DNA of 64,000 nt from Verrucomicrobiia bacterium (GTDB taxonomy: Bacteria > Verrucomicrobiota > Verrucomicrobiia > Chthoniobacterales > UBA6821): contig JBEIJN010000008.1 in the NCBI GenBank assembly GCA_040380225.1, forward strand, positions 5,183 to 69,182, read 5' to 3'. The position numbers were made by a program, and so were the translations under genes. Below are positions 1 through 9,222 of the stretch, piece after piece. Below the pieces are notes generated by a model. The model had not been told where the DNA came from. It searched no databases and saw only the letters and a list, made by a program, of their open reading frames with translations. The first letter of the stretch is position 1. Every line of letters starts with the position of its first letter.

Positions 1-1
1 G

Positions 2-955
2 ACCCGTGCCTCGCTGATCAATCTGGCGATCTACAACGAGAAAGAAGGTTCGCTGCAGCGCAATAGCGCCATCATTCAGGGGATCGCAGGGGAGCATGCC
101 ATGCGCGCGATCCTCATCGAGGCGGATCCCAACGCCGAGGGAACCTCGGCGGATGCATGGATCACCATGCACTGCTACCCGCGCGGATCCAAGGGGGGCG
201 CTGTCTGCAGCGAGCAGATCTCCTTCCGACTTGCCGGCGAGGCGGCACGCTCACTACAGAGCGTCGTCTTCTCCCATCTTGATTCCGACCTTCCCCTCGC
301 CCTCTGGTGGCAGGCCGACTTCCACGCACCGATCGACGGCAAACTCTGGCGTTGGGTCGACAGGCTCCTCTTTGACAGCCGTCATTGGAAGAAACCCTCC
401 GAGCAGTTCGACCTCATCGGGAAGATCTCGGGTCTCTCCGAGGCGCGCACGATCCTCTGCGACCTGAACTGGGCGCGATCCCTGCCCGTGCGTCAGGCAC
501 TTGCCGGAATTTTCGACACGCCGGGAACCTTACCAGAACTCAGCAATCTTCGCTCGCTCGCCATCACGCACGCACCCGAATGCCGCACCACGGCGCTCCT
601 TCTTGTCGGTTGGCTCGCGGATAGACTGGGATGGACCCTGACCGACTCATCCAAGAATCCCCTATTCCAGGATCCCTCGGGAGGAACGATTGCAATGACC
701 CTCACGGAAACGGAGGGCTCCAGTATCAGCCGGATGGAACTCGCCTCCGAAAAGGCAACTTTCTCCCTGGTACGTGAAGCGGATTCGGATCTCTATGTCA
801 CCACTGCGAAGGGAGAATCCCTCGCCGCCACCACCCGCATGGTCCGAGCACCCAGGGAAGAGACCCGCGAAATCCTACTGGCCGAACTGGCCCGGGGCGG
901 ACGCCATCCTCTCTACACCAAGGCGGTGAAGGCTGTGGAAGCCCTCTGGTCTTGA
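2..955 (+). CDS. opcA: glucose-6-phosphate dehydrogenase assembly protein OpcA (5' end outside window)
   Basis: Frame is open from nt 2 (TRASLINLAIYNEKEG...) upstream of the listed Met at 101. The LPLALWWQADF and LLLVGWLADRLGW blocks fit the OpcA family layout. Stop at 953-955. Confidence 0.7.
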   Translation, partial: TRASLINLAIYNEKEGSLQRNSAIIQGIAGEHAMRAILIEADPNAEGTSADAWITMHCYPRGSKGGAVCSEQISFRLAGEAARSLQSVVFSHLDSDLPLALWWQADFHAPIDGKLWRWVDRLLFDSRHWKKPSEQFDLIGKISGLSEARTILCDLNWARSLPVRQALAGIFDTPGTLPELSNLRSLAITHAPECRTTALLLVGWLADRLGWTLTDSSKNPLFQDPSGGTIAMTLTETEGSSISRMELASEKATFSLVREADSDLYVTTAKGESLAATTRMVRAPREETREILLAELARGGRHPLYTKAVKAVEALWS

Positions 956-1040
956 GAGATTGAGGGAGCGAGCAACTGAGAAAATCGACAAGCAGGTCTT
1001 GAGTCCCAAGTTTTTGGCTGTCCCAAATAACCTTCAGCCT

Positions 1041-1381
1041 TAGAGCATCATCTAGCTAATCTGTCGTTCCTTGGTCGATCATCTTGACCGTCGATAAATA
1101 AAAGGACTCGCGCAGCCGTAACGGATGCGAAGCAACGGCCGGGCAAGCAAGACGCAGAGGCGCGGAGGAAGAGACAAAGGATTGGGTCCGGAGAAGATTG
1201 TCAGCGTTACTCCTATCAAATCGGAGAATCACTTGACCGATTCACAATGGGGGTCTCACGACTTTCAAGGGAGATGTTTCTAAAGACGCATTGCCATTAT
1301 TCATAAAAACCCTGCGTCTCTGCGTCTCTGCGCGAGATTTCTTGCCTTGTTAATGCGTCCAATAAAACCGAAACCGCACTA
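1041..1381 (+). repeat. family-1 intergenic repeat element, copy A (TIR-containing, MITE-like)
   Basis: Aligns by eye along its whole length to the reverse complement of 48723..49023. Differences are about a dozen substitutions, one ~34-nt insertion (ccgtaacggatgcgaagcaacggccgggcaagca) and a short duplication of ctgcgtct. Lies between the convergent opcA and PBP genes. Confidence 0.85.
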
Positions 1382-1409
1382 GTCTCAGCCTTAGTCTCCA
1401 ACCTCTTTC

Positions 1410-4020
1410 TTAAAACTGCGCCGGTTTCGGTGCCGGGATGGTGAGGATGGGAGCTGCGGTCGGCAGGTCCATCGGGCGGACGGGTTCGGCCCTTCGCACT
1501 TCCTTTTCCCCCGCTGGGAGAGCGGCGGCGACATTGGTGGACTGTGTTGCCTCCAGTGCTCCGGGGTCCTTGCCATCCGGCGTTGTGGCGCGGGCCACCT
1601 TGATATTGCCGTCATCAACCGCAACCACATTCATGGCGGGGTTCACGGCGCGGTAGAGATCGCTCTGTGCCAGGAGTGTCGGCGCATTCACCGTGATGGG
1701 ACGCACGCGCGTGAGGTCGATGGCCGCAGCGGCACGGGGCCACTCTTCCTGATCGACATCCTTGGTGTAGCTCCTCACCCCCCCCCCCATGGATGTCGCA
1801 GATCCCGGAGGGAACCTGGGCCTCGGTTGCGGCGATGGTGGTAACCATCCCGGGAATCTTGCGGCAGGCCTCGCTCGGCGGTAATCCCGAACTCCTGCAA
1901 ATCTCAACCTGCTTGAGCCCCGGAGGGGCTGAGGGCGTCTGGGACGGAAAGGAAGCAAGCGAGGCAGTCATCACCTGAGACCAGATCGGAAGCGCAAGGT
2001 CCTTGCCGAAGGCACCCCGATAGATCTTCTGGGGCTTGTCGAATCCGACCCAGACACCGCAGGTCACGGCTCCGGAATATCCGAGAAACCAAGTGTCAGT
2101 GAAGTCGTAAGCGGTGCCCGGCTTTCCGGCCAGCGGCGAGTTGCTGTTGAGCCCGTTGGTCGTGGCAACCTGGGCACACGTCTTGAACAGAGCATCACGA
2201 AGAAGTGAGTGAACCTGCCAGGCCGCCTGGGCGGGGATCACCGGAACTCGGGCGACAGGATTCTCATAAAGGACATTCCCCTCCTGATCGGTGATGCGGG
2301 ATATGGTGAATAGCTTCGCCGGTCGGGTTCCGGCTCCGGGAAAGGAGGTGTATGCAAGGGTGAGTTCATCGAGGGTCATCTCGCTCGACCCGAGATAGGC
2401 ATTGGCGACATCGCGGATGGGAGAACGAATTCCGGCCGCCCTGCAGAATTTTCCCAGTTCATCCGATCCAGTCCGGAAACCAAGCCTGACAACCGCGGCA
2501 TTCTTGCCACGGGAGACCGCCTCACTCGAGGGCATCGGCCCTTCATAGTCGTTATCGGGCCTCTCGACACCCCACTCGCCGAGGATGCCGTTCTCGCCGC
2601 CGATCATCACATAGTGGTTGTCGATACAACCGTCCTCCACGGGATCTCCAGGGAAGATCCCCTTGGCATAGGAGGCGGCGGCGACCATCGGTGTGAAGAG
2701 TGTCCCGGGGGGGCGACGCCCCTGCAGGGCCCTGTTGTATTCGCTGTGGAGGAAATCCCGACCTCCCGCAACCGCCAAGATCCCACCGGTCTGATTCTCG
2801 ACGGCAAGCACGGCCCCCTGGATGTAGCCGGGTGAAGGCATGGTGACCGGCTCTCCCCTCTGCGCCGCCTCCTCGAGCTTCCGGTTTGTCTCCCGGTACT
2901 GGGCGAATGTCTGGTGATTGTAGCCGGGCTGGCGCTCGACCGCTTCCAACTGGGAGCGAAGGGCCCGCTCGGCTGCAGCCTGCAGCTTGGAATCGAAGGT
3001 GGTCTGGATCCTCACGCCGTCGTTCATCGCGCGGTCGTATCCGAGGGCCGCGATCGCCTGCTGGCGAACCAGATCGATCGCGTAGGAAACCCTGTTGGGA
3101 TTCGTCCTCTTGCGGACGGAGAGATTGAGTTCCAGGGCATTCTGATACTCCTCGCGGGAGATCAGGCGCATCTCCCTCATGCGGCCAAGGACGAAGTCCC
3201 TCACCTTCTTCGCCCCCTTCGGATTGTTCCATGGAGAGAGGGCATTGGGACTCTTGAGCAACCCGGCGAGCATGGCACATTCGCCGACCGAGAGATCCTT
3301 GGCCGATTTGCCGAAGTATCCCCTCGCCGCCGCCTCCACACCGTAGAAGCCGCTGCCGAAGTAGACGCGGTTCAGGTAGAGTTCCATGATCTTCTCCTTG
3401 GGGAGATGCTCCTCGATGCGCTGGGCAACGAACATCTCCAGCAGTTTGCGGCGGTAGCTCCGCTCACGGAGGTCGAACGAATTGCGGGCCAATTGTTGAG
3501 TTACCGTGCTGGCCCCCTGCTTCACACGCCCCTGACGGTAGTTGCTGATCGCGGCTCGGAGAACGCCGAAGTAATCGACCCCGTTGTGCTCGAAGAAGCG
3601 GTTGTCTTCCTCGGCCACGACGGCATTAACCATCCCTTTGGGAATCTGGTCGTAAGGGATAGGAAGCCGGTTCTGGATGAAGATTTTCCCGATCTGCTGG
3701 CCCGAGCGGTCCAAGATGATGCTTGCCGACTCCATCTTGGGAAGCTTCTCCAGATCAAAGGTGGCCGCCTTCGCCGAGAACTCAGCGACCATCCAACCAT
3801 AGAGCGCCAAGGCCGCCAGAGACCCTGTGATGAGGAGAATCAACGGCACGAGGAACCACAACCGCAGAAACCATGGCTTCCTGCGGCGTTGCTCCCCTCC
3901 TTCCCAGCTGTAACGATGACGTGCGATCAGTAATCTTTTCCATGAACCCCTCCCCCGGGCAAGAACTGACAGGCAGACTCCCCCTCCATTGGTGGGGTCA
4001 ACGTTGGAATCCTGCCCCAC
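1410..4020 (-). CDS. class A penicillin-binding protein (PBP1A-type transglycosylase + transpeptidase), reading frame broken at a G11 tract (1778..1788)
   Basis: GT51 motifs (VVAEEDNRFFEHNGVD, GASTVTQQLARN) and a transpeptidase region sit in the 801-aa ORF 1615..4020. After the homopolymer the protein-like frame switches to ORF 1410..1958. The start codon is uncertain. Confidence 0.85.
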
Positions 4021-4075
4021 CCGAGAGCGCGGCGGCCCAATAGCCTTAGCGGCCCGAGAGCCTTCTTCGTTTCGC

Positions 4076-5113
4076 TCAGGCGGCGTAGTGAGTCTCCGGG
4101 AGGGAGCGTAGCCGCTCCGCGGCCTGTTCGGCCGTCAAATCGCGCTGCCCTTCCGAGAGCATCTCGTAGCCTACCAGGAATTTCTTCACCGAGGCGGATC
4201 GCAACAGGGGCGGGTAGAAGTGGGCGTGAAGCTGCCAGTATTCCCCGGGATTCTCGCCTGCATCCGGCAAAAACGGGGCTCCGTGCCACCCCATCGAATA
4301 AGGGAAGGAGCATTGGAAGAGATTGTCGTAGCGGACCAGCAGACGGCGCATCGTCTCGGCAAGGTCAAGGCGGTACGTCTCAGGGAGATCGGTCAATCTT
4401 GGGATGAGGGATGCCTTGGGAAGCAGCAGGGTCTCGAATGGCCAGAGGGCCCAGAACGGAACGACGGCGAACCAGTGCTCTCCCTCCACGACGATGCGGG
4501 AACGCTCGCGAAGTTCGGCCTGCGCATAGTCGAGAAGCATGGGGCGGTCATGTTCCAGAAAGTAATCCCTCTGCGAGAGATCCTCCTTGGCCGGCTCCTC
4601 GGGAATGAAATCACCCGCCCAGATCTGGCCGTGGGGGTGGGGATTGGAGCAACCCATGGCTGCTCCCTTGTTCTCGAAGACCTGAACCCAGCGGTATCGC
4701 GATCCCAGTTCCGCAGTCTGCTCCTGCCATGTCTCCACGACACGGACGATCTCGGGTGCGGTCATTTGCGCCAGCGAGAGGTCATGGCGCGGCGAGAAGC
4801 AGATCACGCGGCACTCGCCGGAGACTTCGTGCGTCTTAAAGAACGGACTGTCGGAAGCCTCCCCGCCGCCGCCTGTACCGGGCATCAGCAGTGCCGGGAA
4901 GTCATTTCCGAAAACATAGGTGTCCGTGTAGGCGGGGTTGGTATCGCCGCCCACACGTTTGTTTCCGGGGCAGAGCGTGCACCCGGGGTCATAGGAGGGG
5001 CGGCCTTCGGCAACGGCCTCCACCTGTCCGAGCCAGGGACGCTGGGCTCGATGAGGGGAGACAAGCAGCCACTCGCGGGTGAGTGGGTTCCAACGGCGGT
5101 GCGGGTGATTCAT
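4076..5113 (-). CDS. galT: galactose-1-phosphate uridylyltransferase
   Basis: RWNPLTREWLLVSPHRAQRPW, CTLCPGN and the SNPHPHGQIWA (HPH active site) motifs. Adjacent to galK. Confidence 0.9.
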   Translation of the reverse strand: MNHPHRRWNPLTREWLLVSPHRAQRPWLGQVEAVAEGRPSYDPGCTLCPGNKRVGGDTNPAYTDTYVFGNDFPALLMPGTGGGGEASDSPFFKTHEVSGECRVICFSPRHDLSLAQMTAPEIVRVVETWQEQTAELGSRYRWVQVFENKGAAMGCSNPHPHGQIWAGDFIPEEPAKEDLSQRDYFLEHDRPMLLDYAQAELRERSRIVVEGEHWFAVVPFWALWPFETLLLPKASLIPRLTDLPETYRLDLAETMRRLLVRYDNLFQCSFPYSMGWHGAPFLPDAGENPGEYWQLHAHFYPPLLRSASVKKFLVGYEMLSEGQRDLTAEQAAERLRSLPETHYAA

Positions 5114-5136
5114 CTCAAAAGTGAAAGGTGTCGTGT

Positions 5137-6390
5137 TTACCAGCCCGGGAGAAGCGTGATCCCGTCGACCATCCTGCAGGAGTGAACCGCATATCGCGAG
5201 GCATACCCGGGATGACTGCGGGGGTAGGCGGTCTCCACGGCGGCGCGGACAGCGGCCTCGCTGTCAGCGAGCACGAGAGCACCGCTTGCACCCTTGTCCC
5301 CTCCCCCGAGCATCCGCTCGCCAAGGACACCGGGCACCGTCCGGACGATGTCGCACATGGTCTCGAGTTCCCTGCCGGAAATCTCGTAATCATCCCTGAG
5401 GCCCAAGCCGTCCGCCCGGAAGATCGCGCCGACGGCGGCGATGTCCCCCTGCTCCCACGCCGAGAGCATCCGGGCGAAGCGCTGTTGCGCATGGTGGATG
5501 TAAGTGAGTCTGCGGCAGAGGGCGGGGTGCGATTCCCCGAACCGCGCGAGGATCGCGGAATAGAGCTCCTCCGTGCGGACATTGCCTAGCGCCTTGATCC
5601 CGAAGGGCTCCTTGCAGAGATCCACCATTGCGGCGCACTCCGAGTGACGGAGCTTGTAGGTCGATTTCTCAAGACCGGGGCGCACCGTTCCCGTGTCGAG
5701 ACTCATGATGCGAAAGTCCGGAGCCCCGGCACCGAGGGGGACGTGGCGGATCGATCGGTCGGCCGGATTATAATGAGTGCCCATCCCCTCACGGGCGAAG
5801 AGGATCATGATCTGGTCGAGGTTCCCGCAGGGGGAGCCGATGTAGTCATTCTCCACGGCCTGAGCCAGATCCACCACACGCATCCCGGGGGAGAGATCGA
5901 TGCCGTTCACCTCCGCAAGCGAGAGAAGCAGGTTCAGCGTGAGGGAAGCAGATCGGGACATGCCGCCGCCGGGAATGTTCCCGTAGAGGATGGCGTCCAT
6001 TCCCTTCGTGATGGGATAGCCTTCACGCTTGAGTAGCCAGGACGCCCCGAGCGGAAAGCGGGACCATGAGTCGGGTGCAGTTCCCGGTTCCGGGATCTCC
6101 GCAAGGGAGACATCGATGAGACCATCCTGTTCAAAGTTGCCGCTGAAGAGGCGCAGCCGATCGGTGCCGTTGGGACGGAAGGCCATCCAGATGAAACGAT
6201 CCGTTCCCACGCCGAAGAGTTCCGTACCGTTGTAGTCGCCATGCTCCACTCCGAGGCAGAAGCGGGAAGAGGAACGGCGAATCCTGGCACCGGAGAGCGA
6301 AATTCCCGACTTCTTCGAGAGATCCTCAAGGATCTTGCGTGCATGCATATCATCCGACGAGGGTGCCGCGATCAGGCTCATGCAGGGCAA
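5137..6390 (-). CDS. galK: galactokinase (GHMP kinase)
   Basis: GVEHGDYNG (galactokinase signature-like), the GHMP motif NIPGGGMSRSASL, and a C-terminal GGGDKGASGALV. Lies directly upstream of galT on the same strand. Confidence 0.8.
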   Translation of the reverse strand: MPCMSLIAAPSSDDMHARKILEDLSKKSGISLSGARIRRSSSRFCLGVEHGDYNGTELFGVGTDRFIWMAFRPNGTDRLRLFSGNFEQDGLIDVSLAEIPEPGTAPDSWSRFPLGASWLLKREGYPITKGMDAILYGNIPGGGMSRSASLTLNLLLSLAEVNGIDLSPGMRVVDLAQAVENDYIGSPCGNLDQIMILFAREGMGTHYNPADRSIRHVPLGAGAPDFRIMSLDTGTVRPGLEKSTYKLRHSECAAMVDLCKEPFGIKALGNVRTEELYSAILARFGESHPALCRRLTYIHHAQQRFARMLSAWEQGDIAAVGAIFRADGLGLRDDYEISGRELETMCDIVRTVPGVLGERMLGGGDKGASGALVLADSEAAVRAAVETAYPRSHPGYASRYAVHSCRMVDGITLLPGW

Positions 6391-6562
6391 ATCTCCGCTG
6401 AGAAGTGATGGGCGCTCGTTGAAGGCAGGAACCGGTCGGCAGAGTTCATGATGGGATGGCAGATTATGGAAAACGGCACGCCCGCTCCATCAGAAAAATT
6501 ATGAAGGATGAAGGTTGAGGGATGATCCTGCCGATCAGAACTTTCGCTCCAACGTTCCATGT

Positions 6563-6917
6563 CTCAGGTTTGACGGCACTTCCTTTGCCTCAGCATCTCC
6601 CGATGCATTGATGCCGCTTCCCTCCCGGGAAGCCGCGGCACCCTTTGGGCAGCGACAGAGTCGCAGTCTTCCGCACACCCTCCCGGGTGTTTGGTTCGTC
6701 CCTTTCGGGACTGTCCGCGCAGTTACGGGACAGGCTGCGCCGTGCCACCAGGCACTCGGCGTTCGGCAAGCGGTGCCGCCTCGTTGAGGCTACGACTGCG
6801 TCGTAATACCGGAGCATGGGAATGCTCGGGATAGCCTACGCAAAGCGTAGCCTGAAAGGCGCTACTCGCGGGAGCGAGAGCGGCAATCTTCCGCGCTCGT
6901 TCCCACGAGCTTGGTTC
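6563..6917 (+). repeat. family-2 mosaic hairpin repeat, copy 1 (long composite)
   Basis: Starts ctcaggTTTGACGGCAC and ends GCTTGGTTC like copies at 34631 and 41970. Internal modules recur at 29900..29990 (reverse) and 36316..36440. Built from short perfect hairpins (ctacgac-tgc-gtcgtag, ctacgc-aaa-gcgtag, ctcgc-ggga-gcgag). Confidence 0.8.
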
Positions 6918-6991
6918 ATCCTTTAGCCTTTAGCCTTTCCCCAAATGCGGATTCACACATTTCGGTTCTTGTGATGAGATTGGTTATTCAC

Positions 6992-7906
6992 ATGACAGCA
7001 AATATTTCCGACTCCCTCTGGGGCATTGACCTTGGCGGTACCAAGATCGAAGGGGTCATCATGGATCCCGCACATCCCTCCCAAGCCCTTCATCGACTCA
7101 GGGTAGCGACCGAGGCCGCGAATGGCTACGATCACATCCTTGGGCAATTCTCCAAGCTCATCTATCAACTCGAAGAGGCCTCGGGAACGAAGCGCCCGCC
7201 GCGCATCGGCATTGGAACGCCTGGCGTCACAACACCGAGAACGGGCCTACTCAAGAACTCCAACACCCTCTGCCTCAACGGCAAGCCGCTGGCGGCGGAT
7301 CTCTCACGCATCCTAGGATGCGAGGCGATCCTGGCCAACGACGCCAACTGCTGCGCTCTGGCCGAGGCCACCCTCGGTGCCGCCAAGGGGTATAAGACCG
7401 TCTTTGGGATCATCCTGGGAACGGGAGTGGGAGGAGGGATCGTCGTGAACGGGGAGGCTCTCACGGGACCTCACGGGATCTGCGGCGAATGGGGCCACAA
7501 CCCGCTACGCGGGGAAGAAGCACCGTGCTACTGCGGTAGGAATGGGTGCGTGGAGATGGTATGCGCAGGCCCCTCGCTGGAGCGGTATTATGCCGCGCGA
7601 AGCGGAAAGGCGATCAGGCTTCCCGAGATCGTCACGCTCGCCTCTTTCGGGGATGGGGATGCCGTGGCCACACTGGAGCGCCTTCGATCGAAGTTCGCAG
7701 AGGCATTGGCCGCAGTGATCAACATCCTCGACCCCGATGCAGTCGTGATCGGTGGCGGCGTGGGAAACCTCGATCTGCTTTACGAGGAGAAGACCCGGGC
7801 GGCCGTCACGGCGTTTCTCTTCAACGACCGCTTCGACACCCCTCTTTTGAAACCCTCTTTGGGAGACAGTGCGGGGGTCTTCGGGGCAGCGATGCTGGTG
7901 CGTTGA
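6992..7906 (+). CDS. ROK-family sugar kinase (Mak/NagK-like)
   Basis: LWGIDLGGTKIEGV ATP-binding N-terminus and the ROK zinc motif CYCGRNGCVE. I prefer the ATG at 6992 over the TTG at 6911, which lies inside the repeat. Confidence 0.8.
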   Translation: MTANISDSLWGIDLGGTKIEGVIMDPAHPSQALHRLRVATEAANGYDHILGQFSKLIYQLEEASGTKRPPRIGIGTPGVTTPRTGLLKNSNTLCLNGKPLAADLSRILGCEAILANDANCCALAEATLGAAKGYKTVFGIILGTGVGGGIVVNGEALTGPHGICGEWGHNPLRGEEAPCYCGRNGCVEMVCAGPSLERYYAARSGKAIRLPEIVTLASFGDGDAVATLERLRSKFAEALAAVINILDPDAVVIGGGVGNLDLLYEEKTRAAVTAFLFNDRFDTPLLKPSLGDSAGVFGAAMLVR

Positions 7907-7964
7907 CCCGGAAAAGGAGGGGGATTTAGTTGCAAGGCACGGTTGTGGTGGTAGAGGGTATGTC

Positions 7965-8225
7965 ATGGCTATTCTCCCAATCGCGGCAGCATCCCTCCCC
8001 TTTCTGGCCTTCGGCATCCCGAGCGGCCCCGATCTGATCATCCTGCTGGTGATCGTGCTCGTGCTCTTCGGGGCAAAGCGTCTTCCCGAACTGGCCCGCG
8101 GTCTCGGCCAGAGCGTGAATGAGTTCAAGAAGGCGAAGGAGGAGTTCGACAAGGAAGTTGCCAAGCCCTCCTCAACCTCGGCTCCCGCCGACTCGGAGAA
8201 AAAAGACGACCAGAAGCAGTCCTGA
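7965..8225 (+). CDS. tatA: twin-arginine translocase subunit TatA/E
   Basis: MAILPIAAASL...LLVIVLVLFGAKRLPELARGLGQSVNEFKKA is the canonical TatA TM-hinge-amphipathic helix. ATG at 7965. Confidence 0.85.
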   Translation: MAILPIAAASLPFLAFGIPSGPDLIILLVIVLVLFGAKRLPELARGLGQSVNEFKKAKEEFDKEVAKPSSTSAPADSEKKDDQKQS

Positions 8226-8235
8226 AGGCTTCCCG

Positions 8236-9222
8236 GTGAGGAGCACACTCACCCGCACCGGCTCCGCCGTTCGGTCTTATCTCATCATTTTTCAGTCGGT
8301 AGCCGCGTGCCTCGTTGCGGCCTATGGGAGTGAAGTCCCGGATTCCGCGTCCAGGCAGGGAATCCGGATCGTCACCTACAATGTGGAGAACTATCTGCCG
8401 ATGACACGGCGGATCAACGGTCAACTCCGCACGAATGCCGGCAAGCCCGAGTCGCAAAAGGAGGCCGTCGTCCGGATCATCGGAAGTGTGCACCCGGATG
8501 TCCTGGGACTCATCGAGATCGGGGATCCGGGTCAGTTTGCAGACCTCCAGCGCCGCCTGCGCAAAGCGGGGATCGACCTTCCCCATGTTGAATACCTCCA
8601 GGCGGCGGACACGACCCGCCATCTGGCCCTGATCAGCCGCTATCCGATCACGGAGCGCCATTCGCAGAATGACATTCCGCTGCGTGTGAACGGAATGACG
8701 CTCCACAGTCCACGCGGCATTCTGGATGTCACGGTGGAGAGGGCACCGGGCGATCGTATCCGGATCCTCTGCGTGCACCTAAAAGCAAAGATGGAGGTGG
8801 CGGAATATGACCAGGCGGATCTCCGCGAAGCCGAAGCGGAGTATCTGAGGCGATATGTCAGGGATATCCTCCGCAGCGATCCGGCAACGGGGCTGGTGCT
8901 GATGGGTGACTTCAACGACACCAAGAACGAGAGGGCCATCCGACAGATCACGGGCAACCCGGAGTGGCCCGACAGCCTGAAGGCGCTACCGCTCGCCGAT
9001 GACCGGGGGGAGGTCTGGACGGAATACTGGTCGGCGGCCGATGTCTACTCGCGGATTGACTACATCATGGTCTCCAAGAAACTGGAGTCGGAGATAGACA
9101 ACTCGCAATCGGGCATCGCCCGCCCCTACTGCTGGAACGACGCAAGCGATCACTGCCCCCTTTTCCTTTCACTTAAGAAACCATCACCCTCGGCCCCCAC
9201 CACGAAAAAGGCGACACCATGA
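8236..9222 (+). CDS. secreted endonuclease/exonuclease/phosphatase (EEP) family protein
   Basis: IRIVTYNVENY near the N-terminus and DASDHCPLFLSL at the C-terminus are EEP hallmarks. The part of the ORF upstream of 8236 overlaps tatA, so the GTG at 8236 is chosen tentatively. Confidence 0.6.
   Translation: MRSTLTRTGSAVRSYLIIFQSVAACLVAAYGSEVPDSASRQGIRIVTYNVENYLPMTRRINGQLRTNAGKPESQKEAVVRIIGSVHPDVLGLIEIGDPGQFADLQRRLRKAGIDLPHVEYLQAADTTRHLALISRYPITERHSQNDIPLRVNGMTLHSPRGILDVTVERAPGDRIRILCVHLKAKMEVAEYDQADLREAEAEYLRRYVRDILRSDPATGLVLMGDFNDTKNERAIRQITGNPEWPDSLKALPLADDRGEVWTEYWSAADVYSRIDYIMVSKKLESEIDNSQSGIARPYCWNDASDHCPLFLSLKKPSPSAPTTKKATP

Noticed and set aside
1410-1958. 182-aa ORF as an independent gene downstream of the PBP
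   Set aside because: Its N-terminal half is Arg/Pro-rich junk overlapping the PBP frame. Only the part after the G11 tract looks protein-like, so it is better explained as the displaced C-terminus of the PBP.
6590-6817. Small ORFs translating to ...RYYDAVVAS... (also 29905..30198, ...EYYDAVVAP...)
   Set aside because: They are translations of family-2 repeat modules (the palindrome ctacgactgcgtcgtag) in opposite orientations. They have no start context and no coding-like composition outside the repeat.
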